From positions 1 to 64,000 of IMG/VR virus record IMGVR_UViG_3300011113_000491: a stretch of 64,000 nt of DNA. One strand, given 5' to 3'. Within the stretch, counting starts at the first letter, position 1. Each line of letters starts with the position of its first letter. The translations under genes were made by a program, and so were the position numbers. Below are positions 53,153 through 60,176 of this stretch, piece after piece. The stretch is from a virus. The notes beneath the pieces were generated by a model. It was not told where the DNA came from. It saw only the letters and a program-made list of their open reading frames with translations, and searched no databases.

Positions 53153-53546
53153 AGAGTTTCCTTTCATCATCAGAGAGTAGTTCAAAACCAGTATCCGTAG
53201 TATACCAAATCTCATCAAACATTTCAATACACCAAGGTAAGCAGTGTTTGCATGGTTTGGAGTTGCGAAGTTGCTCAAATCGATTCATACGGATATTGAC
53301 CAGTTTGAGTTTACGAAGATCCTTCTTGTACTTCTTTGGAAGTTTGTTAAAGGCATCTAGTTCAGAGTGAACACAACCAATGACATAACCATACTTGTTT
53401 GCCAGTGGATGAGTCTTAAAAACATTTGTACCAACAGAAACAAGTTTGCTCTTGTGATAAATTAAACTTACATGCTTCTTTTGTCGCTGAAGTCCTAGAC
53501 AAATTGGCTTCACATCACGAAGAATGTCGTTGAAGTCGAGAATCAT
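53145..53546 (-). CDS. Zn-dependent nucleotide/nucleic-acid deaminase-like protein
   Basis: VSVGTN, HSELDA, SKPCKHC (HxE...PCxxC); start at MILDF because the longer ORF start lies inside the tRNA. Confidence 0.8.
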   Translation of the reverse strand: MILDFNDILRDVKPICLGLQRQKKHVSLIYHKSKLVSVGTNVFKTHPLANKYGYVIGCVHSELDAFNKLPKKYKKDLRKLKLVNIRMNRFEQLRNSKPCKHCLPWCIEMFDEIWYTTDTGFELLSDDERKLYE

Positions 53547-53552
53547 ATCAAA

Positions 53553-53627
53553 CACGGGTGACAGGAATCGAACCTGCATCATCCAGTTACGGTAAATCTG
53601 TTTAGAAGACAGAGCCGATACACCCGT
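53553..53627 (-). tRNA. Atypical tRNA-Arg(UCU) lacking a D arm
   Basis: ACGGGTG/CACCCGT acceptor stem; TCTGT-CTTCTAA-ACAGA anticodon arm; GCAGG-TTCGATT-CCTGT T arm. Confidence 0.75.
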
Positions 53628-53676
53628 AAATAGAACATTCGTTCTTTACATATATATTATACTAGGAGTTCGATTC

Positions 53677-54146
53677 ATGTCAATTCATAAATGTAAACTT
53701 TGCAATAAACAAACAAAAAATCCTAAATTTTGTAGTAGTAGTTGTTCTGCAACATTTAATAACAAAATGAATCCAAAAAGAAAACCAGAAGGCAAATGTA
53801 AAACTTGTAATATAGCAATAAATAAAAGTAGAAAATATTGTAAAAAATGTTATGATAAATTTTGTTCTACTGAAGACTATACATTAGAGCAAGCGATTTA
53901 TGATAAACATCATAGATCCTCGGCATATGCACTAGTGCGTTCTCGCGCCAGATCAACAGAAAAAGCAAAAATACAAAAAGATGTGAAATCTGTAATTACT
54001 CAAAGCACATAGAGGTATGTCATATTAAACCAATATCGTCGTTTCCGTTGAATTCTCTATTAAGTGAGATCAACAAAAACGACAATATAATTTGTCTTTG
54101 CCCCAATTGTCATTGGGAATTTGACAATGGTTTAATTAAACTGTAA
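53677..54146 (+). pseudogene. HNH endonuclease with Zn-finger N-terminus, split by a 1-nt frameshift
   Basis: ORF 53677-54012 (CKLC, FCSSSC, CKTC, YCKKC) continues in the -1 frame as RCEICNYSKHIEVCHIKPISSF...NIICLCPNCHWEFDNG to TAA at 54144-54146. Confidence 0.8.
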
Positions 54147-54450
54147 GTTTCAGATCTGCCGGATTAATCACGCTCTTGGTGGGTGGCACAAAAAGACCAC
54201 CAACAATCACGGTCGTATAGTGATCTTCAAGTTCCTTCTGTGCAGGGACGGTGAAAAGAACATGCTTGCTATCTAGTGTAATACCGCCCTCAATATCGGC
54301 ATATGGTAGCCACTTTGCGAACATGAGCTTGCCTTCAGGGGTTGGCAGAAGAACTGCCGGATCCTTTAGAGTGAGAGTGCCTTCACCCTCAGTAACATTT
54401 GCAATAATTTCTTCACCACTAACAAGACGAGTAATCAAAATATTAGCCAT
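54136..54450 (-). CDS. Sm-like fold phage protein
   Basis: ITRLVSGEEIIA...LTLKDPAVL...FAKWLPY, a pattern typical of T4-like Sm-fold proteins; GGAG SD. Confidence 0.65.
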   Translation of the reverse strand: MANILITRLVSGEEIIANVTEGEGTLTLKDPAVLLPTPEGKLMFAKWLPYADIEGGITLDSKHVLFTVPAQKELEDHYTTVIVGGLFVPPTKSVINPADLKLTV

Positions 54451-54459
54451 AATATCTCC

Positions 54460-54681
54460 TTAATTTTCACACTGGCAACAACGACCCATAATACGATCCC
54501 AAAGCGAACACTTTGGTGGTTTATCTACCGGCCAACATTGACCGGTTACATCTTCTAAGCAATTTGAGTTTTTGACATCAATTGCACGGGATGATGCTTC
54601 AATGAATTCATCTTCTGTGAATAGAAGATCAATGCATCTACCATCAATCACTTTCTTTACATGAATATATTCATTGCTCAT
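54460..54681 (-). CDS. Hypothetical protein
   Basis: 73-aa ORF with AGGA SD; Cys-rich C-terminus. Confidence 0.6.
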   Translation of the reverse strand: MSNEYIHVKKVIDGRCIDLLFTEDEFIEASSRAIDVKNSNCLEDVTGQCWPVDKPPKCSLWDRIMGRCCQCEN

Positions 54682-54698
54682 AAAAACATCCTTTATAA

Positions 54699-55062
54699 TG
54701 GAGGCCGGGGGAGTCGAACCCCCGTGTACCCTATACTTATGTATAAGCCCTACATGATTAGTTTCTTTTCATAAACAATTTCGTAAGGTAAGAAACAAAC
54801 TTACGAATTGCTTTGACTGTTAATTTCGAATCGTTTACCAGTCACTCACGATTCTATCAGATTTGAGAAGTCAGGAATTATCTGAGTCACTTCCTGTACC
54901 CTCTTGACGGTCCTAGTGAATTAAGGATCGACTGTTTCTCAAGCAGCCATTGCAAATGCTCTAGTGTTGGCATTTGTGGTTTGGTTGTTTTTAACGAAGC
55001 CATCAACCATCTTCGTCATGCTCTTCTACATTTGTCTAGAATATCGAATCCGATTGGCCCCC
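54699..55062 (-). ncRNA. ssrA: tmRNA
   Basis: 5' GGGGGCCAATCGGATTCGA; 3' GGGGG-TTCGACT-CCCCC-GGCCTCC-A; G3.U70 and A73; tag ORF ANTRAFAMAA* at 54971-54939; 364 nt. Confidence 0.93.
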
Positions 55063-55665
55063 TTAGTCTTGCTTGTGGATCTTAATCTTACCACCACTCA
55101 TGGTATAATTCAAGTCCCTTTTAATAATTCCGCCTTGTTTTCCTGCTTCAATTTGGGCAATGACTCTAGCATTTCCTTTGCCCTTTGGCACATTGGTTAC
55201 ATTGATTGCACCCTTTGCTACGCCGCCAAAGTTTCCTGAAATTTGTCTAGTGTTGCCCTTTGGTCCTACCAAAAAGAAAGAACCCTGATGACGAACAACA
55301 TGGTGTTCTTCACCGGGTTGACCTTCTTGGGTTCTAACTACTACTGAAGCAACTTGTCCGTCCTTTAGACCCTTGAGAGTTTCTACTTCTCCCTCGTATC
55401 GTTTGGCGTGTTGTTCTTGCTTCTTTGCCGCAACTTTACCAGCAGCAGTTCTTTCTTCTGCCGCTTTTCTATCTGCTGCTCGTTTTCTGGCAGCAGCACC
55501 TTGTCTCATTTTTTCACCAACGGCAATAGACATTCTTTTATTTTCTGCCTCCATGCCCTTTGCGTGCATTTTTGCTTGTCTGAAAGTTTTTGCAGAGCTT
55601 TCTTGTAAAGATCCCCATGCGCCTGACTTGACTAACGATTCTAAAAGTCCTCTGAGTGTTTTCAT
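55063..55665 (-). CDS. Basic protein, putative internal head protein
   Basis: MKTLRGLLES leader; late promoter TATAAATA at 55682-55689; GAGG SD. Confidence 0.65.
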   Translation of the reverse strand: MKTLRGLLESLVKSGAWGSLQESSAKTFRQAKMHAKGMEAENKRMSIAVGEKMRQGAAARKRAADRKAAEERTAAGKVAAKKQEQHAKRYEGEVETLKGLKDGQVASVVVRTQEGQPGEEHHVVRHQGSFFLVGPKGNTRQISGNFGGVAKGAINVTNVPKGKGNARVIAQIEAGKQGGIIKRDLNYTMSGGKIKIHKQD

Positions 55666-55681
55666 ATAGTACCTCAAAGGA

Positions 55682-55689
55682 TATTTATA
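55682..55689 (-). promoter_or_regulatory. Late promoter TATAAATA
   Basis: Exact consensus in the intergenic gap. Confidence 0.75.
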
Positions 55690-55696
55690 ATGGAAA

Positions 55697-55789
55697 TCAC
55701 TTCATCCGAGCGAGTTTCATTGCACGACGCTTCTTTGAACCCATCTTACGACGGCGCCCAAACTTTGTATGTGTTCCTTTGCGACTCAT
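55697..55789 (-). CDS. 30-aa Lys/Arg-rich peptide
   Basis: MSRKGTHTKFGRRRKMGSKKRRAMKLARMK*, preceded by AAGGAGGT SD; below ORF-track cutoff. Confidence 0.7.
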   Translation of the reverse strand: MSRKGTHTKFGRRRKMGSKKRRAMKLARMK

Positions 55790-55815
55790 ATTACCTCCTT
55801 AATATTTGTTGATTA

Positions 55816-56904
55816 TTACTTTGCTCCCAAAACATCTCTTCCGAGTATACCATTGGTTGTCAGCATATGGAAGGATGTATCTGCCAAAATGTCGAAAGAA
55901 AGTTGCTCGTAAAATCCGTTTGCTCCCCAAGGTGTTCCTTCGTGCCACAAACCTCTCTGCTGTGGTGGTGGAGTTGAGGATCCATTCCACCCTGCCCGGG
56001 CACGACGATCAGCGTCCATGACTTCAGAGACTGCAACGCCACTCACATGACCGTCAAAGAACAGGGCATTTGGTGTACTACTATTTCCTTGATTAAAGAA
56101 CCAAGGAGTGTATCCTCCAGCAAATCCCGGATTGAGTGGGCCACCGTCTTGATTCTGTAGCCAATAGAACTCAATCATGCGAGTCTTTAGTTCAGAATAC
56201 TTTGCTTGCCCCTGTGTGGGACACTTGTATCCTGCGGGAAGAGTGTTAGGGTTTCTGAATCCCTTGTCCGAAAGCACATCTGGATTCCACAATGCCGCAG
56301 GACTCCACACATATGTTGAAAACACTACTTGTCCCGGTTGATTGGGAAGCAAAGTAAATTCGCCCGGACTACCTAGACCTTCCTCTGCTCGTTCCATTGT
56401 CAGTTTGTCCTTTGGAGCAACAAAGGTGCGGTCATAGAAACGACCATTGATGTAACTATTGAACGCCTTCACATTAGGCAATCGGTAATAGCCGAATCCG
56501 CCGTTGGTGAAAGTCCACTCGTTTGGATGGTACACAATCCAATTGTTACACCCTCCCGGTTGTGTAGGCGGACACAAGCCACCGCCCAACCAGTACCCAT
56601 ACAAGTTTCCCTGACTATCCCATCCCAAAATTTGTTGACCGGGACATCCAATAGTATTCAGATACGTTTGGCAACCTCCGTTAGCAAGACCAAAATCGTC
56701 TGCTGCCTGTGTAAACTGACGGTCAGCATAATCAGCCCCGTAAGTAGCATTAGCAGCAGCTAGATTTCGTAGATTACCAAGACTCTGAGTCACTAGAGCA
56801 GCATCTCTTGCTCGTCCCAGTGCAGGAAGCAAAATTGCAATCAGTAGTGAGATAATAGCAACAACAACCAACAACTCAACAATAGTAAATGCCTTCTTTT
56901 TCAT
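55816..56904 (-). CDS. Prepilin-type N-terminal cleavage/methylation protein (DUF1559 / H-X9-DG-like)
   Basis: MKKKAFTIVELLVVVAIISLLIAILLPALGRARDAA...SLGNLRNL; NALFFDGHV; AAGGAG SD. Confidence 0.9.
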   Translation of the reverse strand: MKKKAFTIVELLVVVAIISLLIAILLPALGRARDAALVTQSLGNLRNLAAANATYGADYADRQFTQAADDFGLANGGCQTYLNTIGCPGQQILGWDSQGNLYGYWLGGGLCPPTQPGGCNNWIVYHPNEWTFTNGGFGYYRLPNVKAFNSYINGRFYDRTFVAPKDKLTMERAEEGLGSPGEFTLLPNQPGQVVFSTYVWSPAALWNPDVLSDKGFRNPNTLPAGYKCPTQGQAKYSELKTRMIEFYWLQNQDGGPLNPGFAGGYTPWFFNQGNSSTPNALFFDGHVSGVAVSEVMDADRRARAGWNGSSTPPPQQRGLWHEGTPWGANGFYEQLSFDILADTSFHMLTTNGILGRDVLGAK

Positions 56905-56917
56905 ATATTCTCCTTAA

Positions 56918-57436
56918 TTAAAGTAGTCCCATCTCTTCATCCAGTCTAGTCATCTTTTCTAGTGCTTGCTTAGAAAACAGCTTACGAATAGCCTCTAGGT
57001 GGCCGTTGCTGTCTGCACCATGTTCGATACGACAGTCGATCTCGTTCATGATGCGACCCTTTTCTAACCAAGCCTCGTCGCGTTCCTTACGCAATTCCTC
57101 ATTCTCTTTACGAAGTCGATCATTCATTTCAAGAAAACTCTTATCTTGTCCCTTAAGGAATTTGTCAAAGTCACTTACCGATTGTGGAAATCCTGGCCAC
57201 TTTCTCTCATCATTGAAATAATTCCAACCACGGGAGTTGGCGTAATCTCCTGCAAGGAATCCAGTCAGGTGATGAAAGCCACAGACTTCCCACCTTGCTT
57301 CATCACGCTCCTGCACCAACTTGTTTATCTCAGCAATAGCACGACCAATCAAGATCTGATGAAATGTATCTCGGCTACCGCTGTTGATGTAGTTGTTCAG
57401 AACATCAACGATTTCGCCTTCTGTTGGTTCAATCAT
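56918..57436 (-). CDS. Hypothetical protein
   Basis: 172 aa; two ERDEA coiled-coil motifs; part of a run of overlapping genes. Confidence 0.65.
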   Translation of the reverse strand: MIEPTEGEIVDVLNNYINSGSRDTFHQILIGRAIAEINKLVQERDEARWEVCGFHHLTGFLAGDYANSRGWNYFNDERKWPGFPQSVSDFDKFLKGQDKSFLEMNDRLRKENEELRKERDEAWLEKGRIMNEIDCRIEHGADSNGHLEAIRKLFSKQALEKMTRLDEEMGLL

Positions 57437-57624
57437 TGTAGAAGATCCTTATCAATTGCACATCCGTGCAGTGCTTCAAGTTCACTAATCCTCAGATTCA
57501 TTGCGTCACACACATTGAGAATGCCAAAAAGAATAACACAATTGACCAGCATCATAAAAAGCAAAATACTAATTAAAATGAAAACAAGATTGAATTGCTT
57601 ACCAGTTGAATTATTGTAACTCAT
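57433..57624 (-). CDS. Small membrane protein
   Basis: 63 aa; one long hydrophobic helix; ATGA overlaps on both sides. Confidence 0.55.
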   Translation of the reverse strand: MSYNNSTGKQFNLVFILISILLFMMLVNCVILFGILNVCDAMNLRISELEALHGCAIDKDLLQ

Positions 57625-57887
57625 TCGTAGTTTCCTCTGTCAGTCCACTTATCTTCGTAGAGATCGTGAATTTCTTGTTCAAGTTTTGCTATATCTTTCC
57701 TATAGCACTCGGCCTTGAATTGCCAGTATGCCCGTTCACGGGCCATTGATTGCATTGATTGAATCGTCTTGTCAATGAGAGTATGCACCTCTTTTTCTCC
57801 AAGAGTCAATTCAGTCATAGACCTTTTATATAAAGCATCCATGAGAATTTGCTCTTCGTTTGTAAACTCACGATTGTCAATGCTCAT
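57621..57887 (-). CDS. Hypothetical protein
   Basis: 88 aa; GGAG SD; ATGA overlap. Confidence 0.65.
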   Translation of the reverse strand: MSIDNREFTNEEQILMDALYKRSMTELTLGEKEVHTLIDKTIQSMQSMARERAYWQFKAECYRKDIAKLEQEIHDLYEDKWTDRGNYE

Positions 57888-58081
57888 ACGAAACTCCTTT
57901 GGTATCGTTCCTTGATCGTCTTACATTCGATTCTAGCGGCGCCGTCCTTGTGCATCTTACGCTGCTTGGTAATGACTTTTCCCATACCAACAGGACGGCA
58001 TGCCAGTTGACGATGACGAGCAATAGCATTTGCCTGTTGCTCCATCATCAGATCAATTTCATCAATCTTACGCTTTGCCAT
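57884..58081 (-). CDS. Hypothetical basic protein
   Basis: MAKRKIDEID start; TAATG overlap with the upstream stop. Confidence 0.6.
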   Translation of the reverse strand: MAKRKIDEIDLMMEQQANAIARHRQLACRPVGMGKVITKQRKMHKDGAARIECKTIKERYQRSFV

Positions 58082-58260
58082 TAGATGGCCTTTCCAACAT
58101 ACCAATTCTTGACTGCATCTTCTGCCAGACGATATGAGTTGTATGTCTTGGCATTTACGATAACTTCATCTTCGTAAAAGTTAACAACATAAACAGGCAT
58201 ACTAGTCTCGCCATTAAGCATTGTTTCAATTTCTGCTGACTTCAAAGGTTTGGTTTCCAT
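58081..58260 (-). CDS. Hypothetical 59-aa protein
   Basis: Manual translation METKPLKSAEIETML...YRLAEDAVKNWYVGKAI*; fills the gap after tRNA-Ile. Confidence 0.55.
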   Translation of the reverse strand: METKPLKSAEIETMLNGETSMPVYVVNFYEDEVIVNAKTYNSYRLAEDAVKNWYVGKAI

Positions 58261-58262
58261 AA

Positions 58263-58333
58263 TGCGCCGACCTGGTGCTGCCCCAGTTTTAGACCGTTAT
58301 AAGCGGCCCTGCGAAGCTGTCCGCCCTCGGCGC
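58263..58333 (-). tRNA. tRNA-Ile(UAU), non-canonical T loop
   Basis: GCGCCGA/TCGGCGC acceptor stem, A73; D arm GCGG/TCGC; GGCCG-CTTATAA-CGGTC; T arm CTGG-GGCAGCA-CCAG. Confidence 0.75.
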
Positions 58334-58341
58334 GTGTGAGT

Positions 58342-58369
58342 ATTGTAAACTATTCTGACGGATTGTCAA
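58342..58369 (-). promoter_or_regulatory. Sigma70-like promoter upstream of tRNA-Ile
   Basis: TTGACA-16 nt-TACAAT. Confidence 0.7.
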
Positions 58370-58592
58370 TAGGTGTTTCAAAAGAAAGTTTACATTTCTT
58401 TTGAGTCACATGACCGTTAACGGTCTTGACAAGGTAATTGGACTTTTGCCGGTCATCGTCGTGACCTAGGCGATATCCAAGTTCAGGAACGCTATCCTTG
58501 AATGTCTGAAGCAAAGAGATTAGCTCCTGGCACTTCGTAATGGCATCCTGTTCCGTCATATTCAGGGGAATGTCAATGTAGAATCGAAACAT
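58350..58592 (-). CDS. Hypothetical protein
   Basis: 80-aa ORF co-oriented with its neighbours. Confidence 0.6.
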   Translation of the reverse strand: MFRFYIDIPLNMTEQDAITKCQELISLLQTFKDSVPELGYRLGHDDDRQKSNYLVKTVNGHVTQKKCKLSFETPIDNPSE

Positions 58593-58726
58593 TATTCTTC
58601 GTCCATTTTTCTAAATAATACAATCAAACCAACTATAACAAAGGTGTAGAAAAACATAACACCAATGAACTGTGGCCACGATATGTAATCTTTTAAAGTT
58701 TCTTCCATATGAACTCCCTGAAGGAA

Positions 58727-58758
58727 ACGGGGCCAGACCCTTTCGAATCTGGCCCCGT
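58727..58758. terminator. GC-rich hairpin, possible terminator
   Basis: ACGGGGCCAGA-10 nt-TCTGGCCCCGT perfect 11-bp stem downstream of 58780-59046; short T tail on minus strand. Confidence 0.6.
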
Positions 58759-58779
58759 CGAATCACTCAGTTGTTAGTA

Positions 58780-59046
58780 TCAGGCGATCTGATAACGCGA
58801 ACCGTCACGGCGGAAACCGTAGGTGCGCTCACCCGGATGGGTGTCCCGCATGAAGTACCGGCCACGGGAGTCGGTCACGATTTCCCAGTTACCGTACTTC
58901 TCGACCATTTCGCGGATGTCGCTGATGGTAGCACGGAGGTTGCCCACACCGTACTTTTCTGCCGCTTCACGGGGGCAAAGACCCCATCCACGGGCGAGAT
59001 GATTAATGACCTGACGCTTCTTGCTGAGATTGCTGTTGTTACGCAT
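58780..59046 (-). CDS. Small putative winged-helix DNA-binding protein
   Basis: SKKRQVINHLARG...EAAEKYGVGNLRATISDIR; AGGA SD and its own promoter. Confidence 0.65.
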   Translation of the reverse strand: MRNNSNLSKKRQVINHLARGWGLCPREAAEKYGVGNLRATISDIREMVEKYGNWEIVTDSRGRYFMRDTHPGERTYGFRRDGSRYQIA

Positions 59047-59129
59047 AACGATAAATTCACTTTCCTAAATTACACTCTTCAATCTAAACCGGGGATTCCG
59101 AGTGTCTGAGTCCCGATTACTATGCAAGT

Positions 59130-59158
59130 ATTGTAGCAGACTGTTTCCATTCTGTCAA
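59130..59158 (-). promoter_or_regulatory. Sigma70-like promoter
   Basis: TTGACA-17 nt-TACAAT with extended -10 TG. Confidence 0.75.
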
Positions 59159-59196
59159 TACCCTGAGAAGAACTTTCTTAAGATTGTTCTTCTCAA

Positions 59197-59271
<75 letters not shown>

Positions 59272-59273
59272 AA

Positions 59274-59373
59274 TGCGGTTGGCGATGCCGCTTACGCCAA
59301 GGTTTATTTTTATGATCTGCTCAACCTTAAACACAGATGCACATCACATGTTAGGGACACCGTGACAACCCCT
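59274..59373 (-). ncRNA. Candidate structured RNA with three tandem pseudoknots
   Basis: Three consecutive pairs of crossing stems just 5' of tRNA-Lys; see findings. Confidence 0.45.
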
Positions 59374-59467
59374 TATAATATACACATTGATAGGTTCAAT
59401 GCAGACCAAAATAATAACTTATGTTAAAGATGATACATGTTTAACTCCGTTACTTTCTTACGCTTTA

Positions 59468-59495
59468 ATTATAGCACAGTTGCGGTGTTTGTCAA
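59468..59495 (-). promoter_or_regulatory. Sigma70-like promoter for the structured RNA/tRNA-Lys unit
   Basis: TTGACA-16 nt-TATAAT with TG; same GGGTATTGACA context as the 59130-59158 promoter. Confidence 0.75.
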
Positions 59496-60029
59496 TACCC
59501 ACCACTCTGGAATCTTATTATTCTTCCACTTGGCAAACCGTGCCTTTGCGCCGATATAATACGCACGATATGCCATTACAGCATCTTCGTTCTTGTAAAT
59601 ATCTGGCATTGCTTGAGCAAACGGCGTAAGAGGACCATTTGTGATATTTGCGGGTCTGTTCTTCTGTAACCATACAAGCAAATTGTTTGATGTATGAACC
59701 TTACCATAACGAGATGTGTATTCATTGCACATCTCTACGGCATGAGATGCCAACCAATCATAGTTTGTATTCGTTTCCCTAGTCCAAATTGTACAGGGAT
59801 GATTAATCATTGTTGATTGATATAGAAATCCATCAATGATTGGGTTATGGTGACGATAAGTAGTGTACTTTCTACCAGACTTTGTAAGTTTGACAGAATA
59901 GTATCCATCAAGATAACGGTGTGCTGTTGAGAGTAATTGAGCACTCTCAAGAATCATCTTGACTACATGCTTGTCACATAGTGATTGTGCTGCAACTGTT
60001 GGATTGTTGTCAAGTACAAAGATATTCAT
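59469..60029 (-). CDS. Pyrimidine dimer DNA glycosylase / DenV-like family protein
   Basis: MNIFVLD...CDKHVVKMILESAQLLST, NHPCTIW, EYTSRYGKVH, FAQAMPD, AYRAYY. Confidence 0.85.
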   Translation of the reverse strand: MNIFVLDNNPTVAAQSLCDKHVVKMILESAQLLSTAHRYLDGYYSVKLTKSGRKYTTYRHHNPIIDGFLYQSTMINHPCTIWTRETNTNYDWLASHAVEMCNEYTSRYGKVHTSNNLLVWLQKNRPANITNGPLTPFAQAMPDIYKNEDAVMAYRAYYIGAKARFAKWKNNKIPEWWVLTNTATVL

Positions 60030-60175
60030 AGAATGGCGGGTGGGATCAGACCAGTCTTTTCCCACATTTCCCTGGTCTTCTTCTTTGCGTCCTTACGCAT
60101 TTCAATTGCCTTGTTACGGTTCTTGATAATCTTCTTACGGTGCTTACGCTTTACAACTCTTCCTGATTTATTCAT
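60026..60175 (-). CDS. Small basic protein
   Basis: MNKSGRVVKRKHRKKIIKNRNK...PPAIL; GGAG SD; fills the gap between guaC and the glycosylase gene. Confidence 0.55.
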   Translation of the reverse strand: MNKSGRVVKRKHRKKIIKNRNKAIEMRKDAKKKTREMWEKTGLIPPAIL

Positions 60176-60176
60176 T

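Noticed and set aside
53553-53627. Amber suppressor (CUA) reading of the atypical tRNA, and genome recoding
   Set aside because: The stem places TCT at the centre of the 7-nt loop; long genes are intact in the standard code and TAG is used as a stop (for example 29965 and 58350)
54964-55239. Plus-strand 91-aa ORF
   Set aside because: Antisense to tmRNA and to the 55063 gene; no SD or motif
58592-58690. Small membrane-peptide ORFs
   Set aside because: Two short competing frames; neither can be supported with confidence
58672-59109. Plus-strand 145-aa ORF
   Set aside because: Antisense to the 88-aa gene, which has its own promoter, SD and downstream hairpin
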